NCBI GenBank assembly: GCA_031416315.1
Contig: JANOTL010000065.1
Span: forward strand, 1 to 64,000
Length of the DNA stretch: 64,000 bases
Reading direction: 5' to 3'
Source of the DNA: Pseudomonadota bacterium
GTDB lineage: Bacteria; Bdellovibrionota_B; Oligoflexia; Oligoflexales; CAIYRB01
Shown here: one piece after another, positions 1 to 9,879 of the stretch
How positions within the stretch are numbered: position 1 is the stretch's first letter
Layout of the letters: the number at the start of each line of letters is the position of its first letter
Made by a program: the position numbers and the translations under genes
Notes under the pieces: model-generated
The model's input: the letters and a program-made list of their open reading frames with translations, nothing else
What the model was told of the DNA's origin: nothing
Databases searched by the model: none

Positions 1-263
1 GCTCGTCCGGCGAACGTGGTGCACGACCAAGCGTGCTGATCGGCTCGCCGATCACCTCGCAATCTATGCTCACTTCCATAACACCGAAATTCTTCCCAGG
101 CGCCGTCGCGAGCGAAACGGTATCGCCGGCTGAGAATCGAGTTCGCTGCGAACACATTTAGGCCAAATGTCGGGCGATGAAGCCGAGCCTCCTCGCGCTT
201 CATGCTTCACGGCCGCCCGCCACCGAGCCACGTCGCGCAATCCACAGCCAAGGGGGCCAGTTC

Positions 264-908
264 TCACTGCGTGCCGAACATCCGGTCGCCCGCGTCGCCC
301 AGCCCCGGGATGATGTACTTCTTCTCGTTCAGCTTCTCGTCGACCGCGGCGGTGAAGATCGGCACGTCCGGATGGTGCTCGTGGACGAAGGCGATGCCCT
401 CGGGCGCCGCGAGCAGGCAGACGAACTTCAGGGACTTCGGATTTTTCTCTTTCACCCGGTCGAGCGCCGCGACGGCGGAGTGGCCGGTCGCGAGCATCGG
501 ATCGACGATGATGCAGTCGCGCTCCGAGATGCCTTTCGGCAGCTTGAAGTAGTACTCGATCGCGACGTGCGTCTTCGGATCGCGGTAGAGCCCGATGTGG
601 CCGATGTGCGCCGAAGGAATGAGGCGCAGCATGCCGTCGAGGATGCCGTTGCCGGCGCGCAGGATGGAGATGAGGCAGATCTCGCGGCCCTTCAGCACGG
701 GCGCGTTCATCTTCGCCAGGGGCGTCTCGATCTCTTCCAGCGTCGTCGGTAGGTCGCGCGTGACCTCGTAGGCGAGGAGCATCGCGATCTCGCCGGCTAA
801 GCGCCGGAACTTGGCGCTCGAGGTCTCTTTTTTCCGCATGATCGTCAGCTTGTGCTGAACGAGCGGGTGCGTGATCACGGACACGAACGGAACGGGAGCG
901 AGGGTCAT
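264..908 (-). CDS. upp: Uracil phosphoribosyltransferase
   Basis: [10 protein letters not shown]-terminus, ISILRAG, PRPP-binding [13 protein letters not shown]-terminal [16 protein letters not shown]. Confidence 0.97.
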   Translation of the reverse strand: MTLAPVPFVSVITHPLVQHKLTIMRKKETSSAKFRRLAGEIAMLLAYEVTRDLPTTLEEIETPLAKMNAPVLKGREICLISILRAGNGILDGMLRLIPSAHIGHIGLYRDPKTHVAIEYYFKLPKGISERDCIIVDPMLATGHSAVAALDRVKEKNPKSLKFVCLLAAPEGIAFVHEHHPDVPIFTAAVDEKLNEKKYIIPGLGDAGDRMFGTQ

Positions 909-925
909 GAGGTCGCCTTAGGGCA

Positions 926-1804
926 TCAGCGCTGAAACCGGATCGTGACGGCGCAGTGGTCGGAGACCTCATCATAGTACTTTTGCAGCGCAGTGCGCGT
1001 CACCGTTCCATTGCACGGGCCGCTGACCCGGGCAGGGCCCAAGGCGCGCAGGCCAGAGACCCAGGCGCGGTCGAAGAGGCTCGGCCGGTCCATGTAGGTC
1101 GGCGAGCGGAAGGTGGCCGTGCCGCCGATCGGAACTTGGGTCAGGCCGACGCCCGGCGCCCCGAAGGCCTGGTCGAAGCGGGCCGAATCGTCCGCGTAGG
1201 TGTTGACGTCGCCGGCGAAGATCACCGGGACCGTGCTGCGCCGATCCTTGAGATGCTCGACGACCATGCCCACTTGCTCGAGGCGCATCGCCGAGTGCTC
1301 CGGGCTCGCCTTCAAGTGCACGCCGATGACGTGCGCGACTTCTTGCCCCGAGCGGTCCGTGACCATCGCATGCACGGCCGGGCGCTTTTGCCCCATCGCG
1401 ACTTCTTCGTACGTGTAGTTGTCGTCGTCGGGCGCGAGGCCGAGCCTAAAGCCGTTGCCGGCGCACACGACGACGTGCTGATGCCGCGGGTCGGTATGGT
1501 CGTAACTCTCGCATTCGTAACGGTTTTCCAGGATTCCGCGCTCCAGCAGCGCCACGTCGACGATCTCCTCGAAGATCATGACGTCGGCCCAGGCGTTCTG
1601 TGCGGTCAGGAACGCTCGGATCGTCGGCACCCGACTCTCGACGAGCTGCTGGCCGGTGGCGTCGCTCTGGAGGCCGAACCAGCGCAGGTTGAAGAAGGTG
1701 ACGGTGAATGGGTCGGCTGCAGCGCGTGCCTCGGCGGCTACGCCTAGTGCCACGAGGCCGAGAAGGCAGAGCTTCGCCAAATGCACGAGGGCTGGGCTAC
1801 GCAT
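926..1804 (-). CDS. Secreted endonuclease/exonuclease/phosphatase (EEP, DNase I-like) family protein
   Basis: Signal peptide then TFFNLRWF, IFEEIVD, GVHLKA, AGDVN, FDRAW, VSDHCAV motifs; start taken at ATG 1804. Confidence 0.85.
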   Translation of the reverse strand: MRSPALVHLAKLCLLGLVALGVAAEARAAADPFTVTFFNLRWFGLQSDATGQQLVESRVPTIRAFLTAQNAWADVMIFEEIVDVALLERGILENRYECESYDHTDPRHQHVVVCAGNGFRLGLAPDDDNYTYEEVAMGQKRPAVHAMVTDRSGQEVAHVIGVHLKASPEHSAMRLEQVGMVVEHLKDRRSTVPVIFAGDVNTYADDSARFDQAFGAPGVGLTQVPIGGTATFRSPTYMDRPSLFDRAWVSGLRALGPARVSGPCNGTVTRTALQKYYDEVSDHCAVTIRFQR

Positions 1805-1992
1805 CGGGGGTCCCCCTGTGGAGTGCCTGAATCGTGGCTGAGCAATGAGTCTGTCGCGTTGGATCTGAGCCACTATGCCATGCGGGCTCGCCTATCCAAA
1901 GCAGAAAGACCGGCTTAACGCCCAATTAATGCGCTCGTGCGATACTCGTCGCAGATCTTCACAATCCCAGCCATGCCTGAAGGAGCTCCGCC

Positions 1993-3741
1993 ATGCGGAT
2001 TCGCGCCGCGCTCTCGTGTCTTTTTCTCGTCGCGGCCGGGTGCAAGACGGCGGGTTCTTCGGGCGCCCTCAAGAGCGAGGACGCGATCACGCCGGCGGCG
2101 TCGGCCGCCGGCGCGCTCGTCATCGCCGGCTACCTCGCCGACGCGCCCGACACGAAGCGCTGGCTGGTGATCGAGGGCGACCGCATCGCGCGCATTGAGT
2201 CGGCCGCGCCGGAAGGCGCCCGCATCATCGACACCGAGGGCTTCATCGTCCCCGGCTTGATCGACCTCCACAACCACCTCAACTACAACGTTTTGCCGCT
2301 GTGGAAAGAGGCCAAGGGCCAGTTCGTGAACCGCTTCGAATGGCGCTCGCGCGCGGCCGCCAAAGAGATCTACAACCGCGCCGTCAAGTTCAACATGACG
2401 CCGATCACCGACGCCCTCGAGTGCGCCGCCGCCCGCTACGCCGAGCTCGAGGCCCTCACCGGCGGCGTCACCACGATTCAAGGCGGCTCGCCGCAGGTGC
2501 GCATCGCGACTGCGGGCTCTCTGAGCTGCGGCCAGGCGTTCGGCCCGCGCAACATCGAGGGTAAGAGCGAGATTCTGCCCGGCAAGAGCGCCAAGAGCCT
2601 AGTCGACATCGTCAGCCCCTTCACGCTGAAGTTCTTCCAGAAGTACGTCGAGCCCAAGCTCGTGGCGACCGGCAGCTACGAGGCCGCGCTCGCGGCCGCC
2701 GCCAGTGAGCCCGGCTACGCCGACTTCGTGAAGGACTTCGAGACCCGCATCCGCAAGCCGGTGATCGACGGCTTGAAGGACGGCTCTCTGCATGCGGTCG
2801 TCGCCCACCTCGCCGAGGGCCGCCGCGACGACGCCTTCACGCAGGCGGAGTACGGCTACCTGAAGAAATACGGCATGGCGCAGCGCGGCATGGTCGTAAT
2901 CCACGGCGTCGGCATGAAGGCGGACGACTTTCGTCACGCCAAGGAGAGCGGCGTCAACCTTGTCTGGTCCCCTTTCTCCAACCTCCTTCTCTATGGCCAG
3001 ACGCTCGACGTCGAGGCTGCGCGTGAGGCCGGCCTCGCCCTTTCGATCGGCAGCGACTGGACGCCGACGGGCAGCAAGTCGCTCCTCCACGAGCTGAAGA
3101 TTGCGCGCACCTATCTCGACCGCAGCAAGATCGCGATCTCCAACGACGAGCTCCTTGCCATGGCGACCGTGAATCCGGCCGCAGCGCTCGGCATCGGCGA
3201 CCGTTTCGGGAAAGTCGCCGAAGGCTACGTCGCCGACCTCCTCGTCGTCGCGAAGGGCGCTGTCACCGCGGCGGATTCCGTGCTCGCGGCGGAGCAGAAG
3301 GACGTTCGTCTCGTGACGATCGCCGGCAAGCCGGTTTACGGCGACGCCGCCCTGCTGAAGGACGAGCCGAACGTGGAGGTCGTCAAGTTGAGCGGCGAGG
3401 ATTGCGGCGCCGAGAAGGCCTTCGCCTTGGGCGCCAAAGACGGCTCCGAGGATGCGTTGGCGGCGGTCTTTCCTGCCGCGGTCGACTTTCGCAGCTACGC
3501 CGGCCTCACGAAGGCGCTTCACGCCGCCCTGGATGCGTACCGCGCGAAAGTGGAAAGCGGCGCCGTCCCCGGTGACAAGGGCGACCTCGCGACGATGCCG
3601 AGTCCTTACACCTGTGAAGACGAGGCTTATCGCAAGCGCTTGGCGAGCTTCTTCGACGTGGACATGAAGGAAGCGCAGGACCCGGCCAGGCGGCCGGGGT
3701 TGCGGGAGAGGTATAAGTTGGCGGGGGAGTGGGCGCCTTGA
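1993..3741 (+). CDS. Amidohydrolase-superfamily (deaminase-like) lipoprotein
   Basis: Lipobox LVAAGC; PGLIDLHNH, AHLAEG, IHGVG, WSPFSN, IGSDW, TVNPAAALG, GYVADLLVV; AAGGAG RBS. Confidence 0.9.
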   Translation: MRIRAALSCLFLVAAGCKTAGSSGALKSEDAITPAASAAGALVIAGYLADAPDTKRWLVIEGDRIARIESAAPEGARIIDTEGFIVPGLIDLHNHLNYNVLPLWKEAKGQFVNRFEWRSRAAAKEIYNRAVKFNMTPITDALECAAARYAELEALTGGVTTIQGGSPQVRIATAGSLSCGQAFGPRNIEGKSEILPGKSAKSLVDIVSPFTLKFFQKYVEPKLVATGSYEAALAAAASEPGYADFVKDFETRIRKPVIDGLKDGSLHAVVAHLAEGRRDDAFTQAEYGYLKKYGMAQRGMVVIHGVGMKADDFRHAKESGVNLVWSPFSNLLLYGQTLDVEAAREAGLALSIGSDWTPTGSKSLLHELKIARTYLDRSKIAISNDELLAMATVNPAAALGIGDRFGKVAEGYVADLLVVAKGAVTAADSVLAAEQKDVRLVTIAGKPVYGDAALLKDEPNVEVVKLSGEDCGAEKAFALGAKDGSEDALAAVFPAAVDFRSYAGLTKALHAALDAYRAKVESGAVPGDKGDLATMPSPYTCEDEAYRKRLASFFDVDMKEAQDPARRPGLRERYKLAGEWAP

Positions 3742-3744
3742 CGT

Positions 3745-6700
3745 TCAGGGCATCAGTTTGATGCACAGAATCGCACCTTGGGAAGTGTAACTCCCGTTGC
3801 AAGGAAGGGTCGAAAATGCCGTGCCGTCGCCGGAAACATAGTTGAAGACCGGCGCGGGCGAGACATCCGTCCAGCCGCCGCAGTTGTCTCCCGTCGCGGT
3901 TAGGTTCGCTTGCATTCCTGTAAACAGGTACGTCGCTAAAAATCCAGTTCCCGCGGCCCACGTCACGCTACCGCCTGCGTTGGTCGAAAAGAAGATCGGA
4001 TTACTGTTGACGGCGTCCTCAACCCGATACTCGGTCGAGGGAGCAATCGGCCAGTCGGTGCTAGGCGGCTCTCGCGTGCCCGCGACGTAGATCAGGGCTC
4101 TCGCCGGTCCCGAAGGGCTCGAATTGCAGGCGGCGTCGGCGGCCGCGACGATGTGCGCACCGGATGCGCTGATCGCTCCCAACTCGAAAACAAAGTCCGC
4201 ACTGTTGACGGGATGTGTATACATCAGCTTCGTAGCCGGCGGCGTCGTATCCGTATAACTGCACATCGAGAACTTATCCACGCTGGTCACGCTTGCAACC
4301 GAGACGTTCGTGCCGCTGCTCGGACAACTGCTGAGCGGAGCCAGACAAGTCAGGGGACCTCCTGATAGATCCGCTAGCACCACTGGTCCCGCAGGGCAGG
4401 CGAGCCCCGCAATAATCTCGGCGCAATGCGTGCCGTAGCTCAAAACCGATTCAAGGACAGTTTTTGTACCTCCCGCGGTCGGACAGCTACCAGACGTGAA
4501 GCAAACCGATTGGCCGGCGGGCACCGAGGCCGGCAACGTCGGCAGTGCGGGCGTTTGGTTGAAGCTCGCACGACAAAAGGGCGCTTTGACTGGCCCGAAG
4601 CCCAAGTTGATCCGATACGTGCAAAACCGGGCCGCGTCGGCAATTGGTGTCCCGGAGCCCATGGAGTAGAAACCGAGTCCAGACATATCCGAGTCGAGAT
4701 TGCAGTTACCTCCCGGTGCAAGGCAACTCATGTCATTGGACGCATTCGAAGGCATGGCTTCCAGGTCGGCGAGCGAGATATCCGCATCGGTGCCGTTGCA
4801 GATCACGGCGGAGCTCGCCAGCACGCACCGCGTCAAATCCTCCCCCGCGATCGGAAGGGCGAGCGTCGAGATGCCGGCTTCGCTCGCGTCGACACCGTTG
4901 CAAGAAGCGTTTGCCGCGAAGACGTCGCAACTCAAGACCCCGCCTTTCGAGGCGAGGTGATTCGGATAGTCGGCCACCGCGATGGGATTCGGGATGCCGG
5001 CGCAACTTTGCGGGGCGCCATAGACGCAGTAATCGAGCAGCGGGTGCGTCGGGTCCCGGCCGTGGGCGACGTAGTCGTTGCTACTCAGACCCGTGGAAAG
5101 CGTCGGGCAAGTCCCTGCCGCCTTTGCGAGGGAGCAGTAGCGATTCGGACTGTAGATCGTTCCACTCTTGGCGAAGGTTTTCAGAGTCGCCGCGTTGAGA
5201 GGGGCGCCAGCGTCGCACGTTGCGGTCGCGGGCGTGTAGAAGCAGCTCGTTTGACCAAACGGTGCCGGCGAAGTGCCGCTGCTCACTTGCGCGCTCGCAA
5301 GTGCCGGGCAAAGTGCGGCCGTGCTCGCGACGCAGACGTGGGTTTCGGCATGAGTGGGCGAAGTCGGGTTCGCCTCCCTGAAGCTCCTGAAGTCGAGGCC
5401 GTTGGCTCCCGGCGGAGGGCACGAGTCTGCCGTCATCTTGTACCGGCAAATCGCGTGCGGGACCGGGCCATAGGGCATAGTGATCGGCTGGGAGTACAAT
5501 TCGCCGGAGACGTCTGCGCCCAAAGGGGGACAGTCGACGGCATCGGGCACATGGCAACTGCGGGCAACCGACCCAGACGCGCTCAAGAATTCACTTCCCG
5601 CATACGGCGGATCGAGGGCGTCCGCGTCCATGCGGTCAATCGCAGAGGCGCTCCCGCTCAGGCCGGCCACCGAGCTGCATTCCCCGACGATCGGGATGTA
5701 CATGCATCGACGGATGAGGTCCTGGCTTGCGCCAAAGTCGACCTCCATGAGGCGCCAATCGGCCGGCTGCGAAGGGCAAGTCTGCAGTCCGGTCGTGTCG
5801 CTGATCGCGTCACAGATCTTGATGTCAGGATCGTTGCTGCCAAGGATTCCTAGCTCGGCCGTGCCGATGCTCGTGCCGACGCCGGAGCGGAGGCAGCTTT
5901 GGATCGAAGGCGGCGGCATGACGACGCAGTGGCGGACTTGGGTGTTCGCCGCCGGCATCGCGCGTTGCTCGCCGACATAGCCCCCTGGCAGGTTCAGCGA
6001 CTGCGTGGCGCAGCTGAAGTTGCCGGGAACCTGACAGTAGTACGCCCCCTGGCCGTTGCTGAACCGATAATCCATCTCGTCTTCGAGATCTTCAGCAGTG
6101 ATCGCGCTATTGTCCTGCGCCGCGGCGCAGCTACGGAACGTCTCGATGTAGTGACAGAAGCTCGAACTGAGCTCCGGGACTTCCTGCCGGTAGAGCAGGT
6201 GCGTCGTGCCGACGGCCAAGCCGCCGGTCAATGCCGGACAAACGCCGTTGGCTTCGGTCAGACACCCGGCGTGCGTTGGTGCGCGAAAGGTGGAGCCGTC
6301 GGCGTGCTTTTGCAGGAATTGCGTTTGCGCGAGCTCCTCGGGGTCGAGCGTCGCGCCGAAGTTATTGCAGTCGCGGACGGCGCTTTGCACGACGAAGACC
6401 GGACTGGCGGACCTCCGACTTTCAATGTGAGCCTCGAGGTTCGCGTCAGCGAGCGCGATCGACTCCACGATCGAGACGCCTTGCGGATCGCAAATCCAGC
6501 GACCGTTGCGGCGCGGGATGGCCGCGATGTCCGCCAAGGTGAGCGCTTGGTTGTTCACGAACCCGCACCCCTGGAAGACACGCTCGTAGGCGCAATGCTT
6601 GGCTTCGCCAACGCGCGTCGGCGGTACCACGGACATCGTGAAGAGAGCGGGATCCGCGGGCAAAGGACAAGCGCCTGTCTGCGCGAAGCAGGTCTTCGAG

Positions 6701-9180
6701 CCGACTTCATTCCGGTCTAGGATGGGCGAGGCGTTGCCGAGATCGACCAGGCTCGAGGCGTTCAGAGCTTTCGCGCAGGGGATCGATTCGAACCGGTAGA
6801 CGCAGTGCTTCTTTGCGCCGACCAGTTTCTCCGTTGCGAAGCCGATGCCGCCCAGGCCGTTGACCGTTTTTGGCCGGACGGCGACGCTGGTGAGCATCAA
6901 CTCCGCCGGAGCCCCTAACGCTGGCGGCGCGTAGCCGTCGAGCTCTTCCTCGGTGAATCCGGGGAAGCAAGACTGATCGGGCGGTACCTCGCAGGCGCCG
7001 AAGACAGCCGCGAGATTGGTATGACTCATGGCCGCATAGATGCTGGAGCGCGAGCCGGAGGCGAACGCCTGGGCGCAGGCGGCGACGATTTCCGCGTTGA
7101 CGATTGGCGGCGGAGGCGGAGGCGGCGGCGTCGCACTCGGGCCAGGCCTCGCCACCGCGCCGCCGCCTCCCCCAGCCACCGTCCCAAAGACCAGACTACA
7201 AAGCGGCGCCGCGCCGCCGTCACTCGGAATCCACGTCGCGATGCGCGAGCTTTCCGCCCTGCGCGAGGGACAAGCCGCGTTGCGCGACGCACGCTCGCAG
7301 AGAATGGCGCCGCTCACCGCTGCCACCTTGGCGAAAAACTGCTCCTTCGTAAGCGTCTCAGGATACGCCGTCGCGCAGACGACGACCGTGCGATTCTGGA
7401 CGGCCGTCGCGACGTTGACGGCGTTCGACGACGCCGTCGTAACAGCGGCGCCGATCTGCGTGCGCACGGACTCGGACGACGTGATCTTCGCCAGCGTCGC
7501 CGGATCCTGAAACACAGCGTTCACCGCATTACTCGCCTGCTGCACCGTCGCCACCGACACCTTGCTCACGGCAAGTCCCGTCAGCGTTCCCTGCGCCACG
7601 CCGCTCGCGAAGTTGACCGATTGCTCGTCGCTCGTGACGATGTTCGCCGCCTTCAGCGCACCAAGCGAGTTGATCGCGCCGTTGGAGACGGCGGCGGCGG
7701 CAGAGGCGGTCTGCGTCGCGGTGATGACGTTCTGCTCGAGGAGCTTGCCGACGCCGGCGCCGGCGCCTTCCGTCACCTTGCCGACGACGGTGAGCGCGTC
7801 CTCGACGCTGATGGAGAGCTTCGCGACGCTGGTGATGCCCTGCGTGGCGATGAACCCGGCCTGGGCTGCGACCTGGGTCGCGTCGAAGCCTGCGGCGGGA
7901 AGCGCGGCGACGGATTCGCGCGACACGTTGGCCGTCGCGGCGGCGATGGCGGCGGTGCCGGAGATGCCGGCACTGGCGAAGGAGCGGATCGAGCCGTCGA
8001 CGACGTTGCCGACCGCTTTTTGGCGTTGGTCGCCCGAGCCGAGGTCGACGCGGGAAAGGGCCGAGACGGCGCGGCTGGCGATGTCGCCGACGACGCTCGA
8101 TGCCTGAGCCTCGTCCGTCGAAGCCTTGCCGGCGCCGATCACTGCCTTCTCGACGATGTTGGCGATGACGTTCGAGGCGATGAGCGTCTCGGCCGGGACC
8201 TTGGCGTTCCCGAGGCCGTTGATCGTGCCCGACGCGATGGCGCCCGCGAGCTGGCCCATGAGGCTCTGGTCACCGTTGACCGCGGAGAGCGCGGCGACCG
8301 TCGACTCGGCGACGCCCGCGGCGGTGGCAGAAAGCGCGTCGTCGTCGACGCCGGCCTCGCCCAAACCGCTCATCGTGCCCTCGGCCGCGAAGCCGAGCGC
8401 GGCGGAGAGGTTTTCGGTCGTCAGGCCCTGACCGCTCAATCCTGCGGCGGCGGTGCCGGAGATGCTCGCAGCCGCGGCGCCGACGCCGTCCGCGTCGACC
8501 CCGGATTTCAAGACGCCGGCGGCGGCGCCATGCGTGATCGCTGCCATCGCGCCTGGGGTGGCGTCGCCACCGAGGCCGGCGTTGTTCAGGCTTGCCATGG
8601 TCGATTGCATGACGATGAACTGCAGTGAGATGAGGCGGTCGTTGCCGCCGTTGGCCTCGAGGCTCGGCATCGCCTCGAAGCTCGACTTCGTGATGACGCT
8701 GGCGATCCGGCTCCGCTCCGCGGGGTCGGGGAGATTTGCGGCCGGCGAGTCGAGCGCGTCGAGCGCTCCTGCGGCAAAAGGCTCCAAGGCGAAGCCGACC
8801 GGATCGATCGCGACGAGCCCCAAGCCGTCGACGGCGATGTTGCCGGCGGCCGTCGCGACCTTGGTCTCGGCGCTCGTGGTGATGGCCGCGACCTGTTCCG
8901 GTGTCAGGCCAGCGCCCACGAGATCGGCCGCGAGCTCCTGCGACAGCTGGGTGCCAATGGCGACGACGCCAGCCTTCGCAGCATCGCCGGGGATGGGTGC
9001 TGGTGCCGGTGCCGGTGCCGGTGCCGGTGCCGGTGCCGGTGCCGGCGAAGAGCCGCCTACGCGTTTACCGTGGTGGATCAGCGCGGCCTTGCCACTTCCG
9101 AGGATCTTGTCGCAGCCCGAGGCGAAGACGCCCAGGGACACGAGGACGATGGCGCTGGTGAAAGACGCGAGACGGCCCAC
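3745..9180 (-). CDS. Giant (1811 aa) surface lipoprotein/adhesin-like protein: PA linker, Ala/Gly-rich helical region, Cys-rich tandem repeats, C-terminal DUF1554-like domain
   Basis: Lipobox FASGC; (PA)8; ~14 four-Cys units; C-terminal ADAAC...RALI...DWPIAPSTEYR...FFSTN...FTGM...NCGGWT resembles DUF1554. Confidence 0.85.
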   Translation of the reverse strand: MGRLASFTSAIVLVSLGVFASGCDKILGSGKAALIHHGKRVGGSSPAPAPAPAPAPAPAPAPIPGDAAKAGVVAIGTQLSQELAADLVGAGLTPEQVAAITTSAETKVATAAGNIAVDGLGLVAIDPVGFALEPFAAGALDALDSPAANLPDPAERSRIASVITKSSFEAMPSLEANGGNDRLISLQFIVMQSTMASLNNAGLGGDATPGAMAAITHGAAAGVLKSGVDADGVGAAAASISGTAAAGLSGQGLTTENLSAALGFAAEGTMSGLGEAGVDDDALSATAAGVAESTVAALSAVNGDQSLMGQLAGAIASGTINGLGNAKVPAETLIASNVIANIVEKAVIGAGKASTDEAQASSVVGDIASRAVSALSRVDLGSGDQRQKAVGNVVDGSIRSFASAGISGTAAIAAATANVSRESVAALPAAGFDATQVAAQAGFIATQGITSVAKLSISVEDALTVVGKVTEGAGAGVGKLLEQNVITATQTASAAAAVSNGAINSLGALKAANIVTSDEQSVNFASGVAQGTLTGLAVSKVSVATVQQASNAVNAVFQDPATLAKITSSESVRTQIGAAVTTASSNAVNVATAVQNRTVVVCATAYPETLTKEQFFAKVAAVSGAILCERASRNAACPSRRAESSRIATWIPSDGGAAPLCSLVFGTVAGGGGGAVARPGPSATPPPPPPPPIVNAEIVAACAQAFASGSRSSIYAAMSHTNLAAVFGACEVPPDQSCFPGFTEEELDGYAPPALGAPAELMLTSVAVRPKTVNGLGGIGFATEKLVGAKKHCVYRFESIPCAKALNASSLVDLGNASPILDRNEVGSKTCFAQTGACPLPADPALFTMSVVPPTRVGEAKHCAYERVFQGCGFVNNQALTLADIAAIPRRNGRWICDPQGVSIVESIALADANLEAHIESRRSASPVFVVQSAVRDCNNFGATLDPEELAQTQFLQKHADGSTFRAPTHAGCLTEANGVCPALTGGLAVGTTHLLYRQEVPELSSSFCHYIETFRSCAAAQDNSAITAEDLEDEMDYRFSNGQGAYYCQVPGNFSCATQSLNLPGGYVGEQRAMPAANTQVRHCVVMPPPSIQSCLRSGVGTSIGTAELGILGSNDPDIKICDAISDTTGLQTCPSQPADWRLMEVDFGASQDLIRRCMYIPIVGECSSVAGLSGSASAIDRMDADALDPPYAGSEFLSASGSVARSCHVPDAVDCPPLGADVSGELYSQPITMPYGPVPHAICRYKMTADSCPPPGANGLDFRSFREANPTSPTHAETHVCVASTAALCPALASAQVSSGTSPAPFGQTSCFYTPATATCDAGAPLNAATLKTFAKSGTIYSPNRYCSLAKAAGTCPTLSTGLSSNDYVAHGRDPTHPLLDYCVYGAPQSCAGIPNPIAVADYPNHLASKGGVLSCDVFAANASCNGVDASEAGISTLALPIAGEDLTRCVLASSAVICNGTDADISLADLEAMPSNASNDMSCLAPGGNCNLDSDMSGLGFYSMGSGTPIADAARFCTYRINLGFGPVKAPFCRASFNQTPALPTLPASVPAGQSVCFTSGSCPTAGGTKTVLESVLSYGTHCAEIIAGLACPAGPVVLADLSGGPLTCLAPLSSCPSSGTNVSVASVTSVDKFSMCSYTDTTPPATKLMYTHPVNSADFVFELGAISASGAHIVAAADAACNSSPSGPARALIYVAGTREPPSTDWPIAPSTEYRVEDAVNSNPIFFSTNAGGSVTWAAGTGFLATYLFTGMQANLTATGDNCGGWTDVSPAPVFNYVSGDGTAFSTLPCNGSYTSQGAILCIKLMP
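8996..9046. repeat. Hexamer microsatellite (GGTGCC)~8 encoding a PA linker
   Basis: Directly visible tandem repeat. Confidence 0.9.
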
Positions 9181-9208
9181 GGTCGTACCTCATAATGATC
9201 TGACCGTG

Positions 9209-9236
9209 AGATCGGAGGAACCCTGGCCGCGCTTGA
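9209..9236 (-). promoter_or_regulatory. Putative sigma-28 (FliA)-type promoter of the giant lipoprotein gene
   Basis: Minus strand TCAAG-N15-TCCGATCT, ~30 nt upstream of the GTG. Confidence 0.4.
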
Positions 9237-9378
9237 GAAGGGGCTGAAAAGACGACGAGTTTCGCTGACGCCGCGGCACGCACGCCGGTAGGCTAAAAAT
9301 GACTACTCGTAGCCCGTCTCAGGCCTTTCATGTAGAGTTTTCCCTAGCATTTACCATCATCGTCGGAGCTAGACGCCC

Positions 9379-9867
9379 ATGCGGAAGATCATCCCGTTTT
9401 TCTTCGCCCTTTGTGCGTTCCCGGCCTTTGGTGCGACCGAGACCGTGACGTGTAAGGTCTCGGGCGCCTCGACCGGCGTCGGCCACGCCTACAAGCTGAC
9501 CATCGACTGGGCGAAAGAGACCGCAGACATCGCCGAGAAGCCGGCGTCCCAGACCGGCGTCGCCGTGTGGAAACCGCTCTTCACGAAAGCGACCGTCGTC
9601 CGCAACTCGGCCACCGACAAGGCGCTCCTCGCCGAGGGCACCGTCAAGCAGTGGTCCGGCGAGTTCACCACGACGAAGGCCGGCAAGAGCTGCGGCGGCA
9701 TGGTCGAAGAGCTCTTCTTCGATCTGCGCGCCGAAGGCGGCAAGCGCGTCGGCACCGTCGAGAAGAACCAGCGCTACGCCAAGGACCCGAAGGCTGGCAC
9801 GAGCTGCCGCGCGAATTATCCGGCTCCCGAGACGATCTCGGACGTCGTCAACGTCACCTGCCAATAG
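9379..9867 (+). CDS. Secreted hypothetical protein
   Basis: Sec signal (AFG-A), 4 Cys in the mature region, genome-like codon usage. Confidence 0.8.
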   Translation: MRKIIPFFFALCAFPAFGATETVTCKVSGASTGVGHAYKLTIDWAKETADIAEKPASQTGVAVWKPLFTKATVVRNSATDKALLAEGTVKQWSGEFTTTKAGKSCGGMVEELFFDLRAEGGKRVGTVEKNQRYAKDPKAGTSCRANYPAPETISDVVNVTCQ

Positions 9868-9879
9868 AGGTTCGTGCCC

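Noticed and set aside
3745..4230. Diversity-generating retroelement target at the adhesin tip
   Set aside because: No reverse transcriptase and no template/variable repeat pair were seen in the window.
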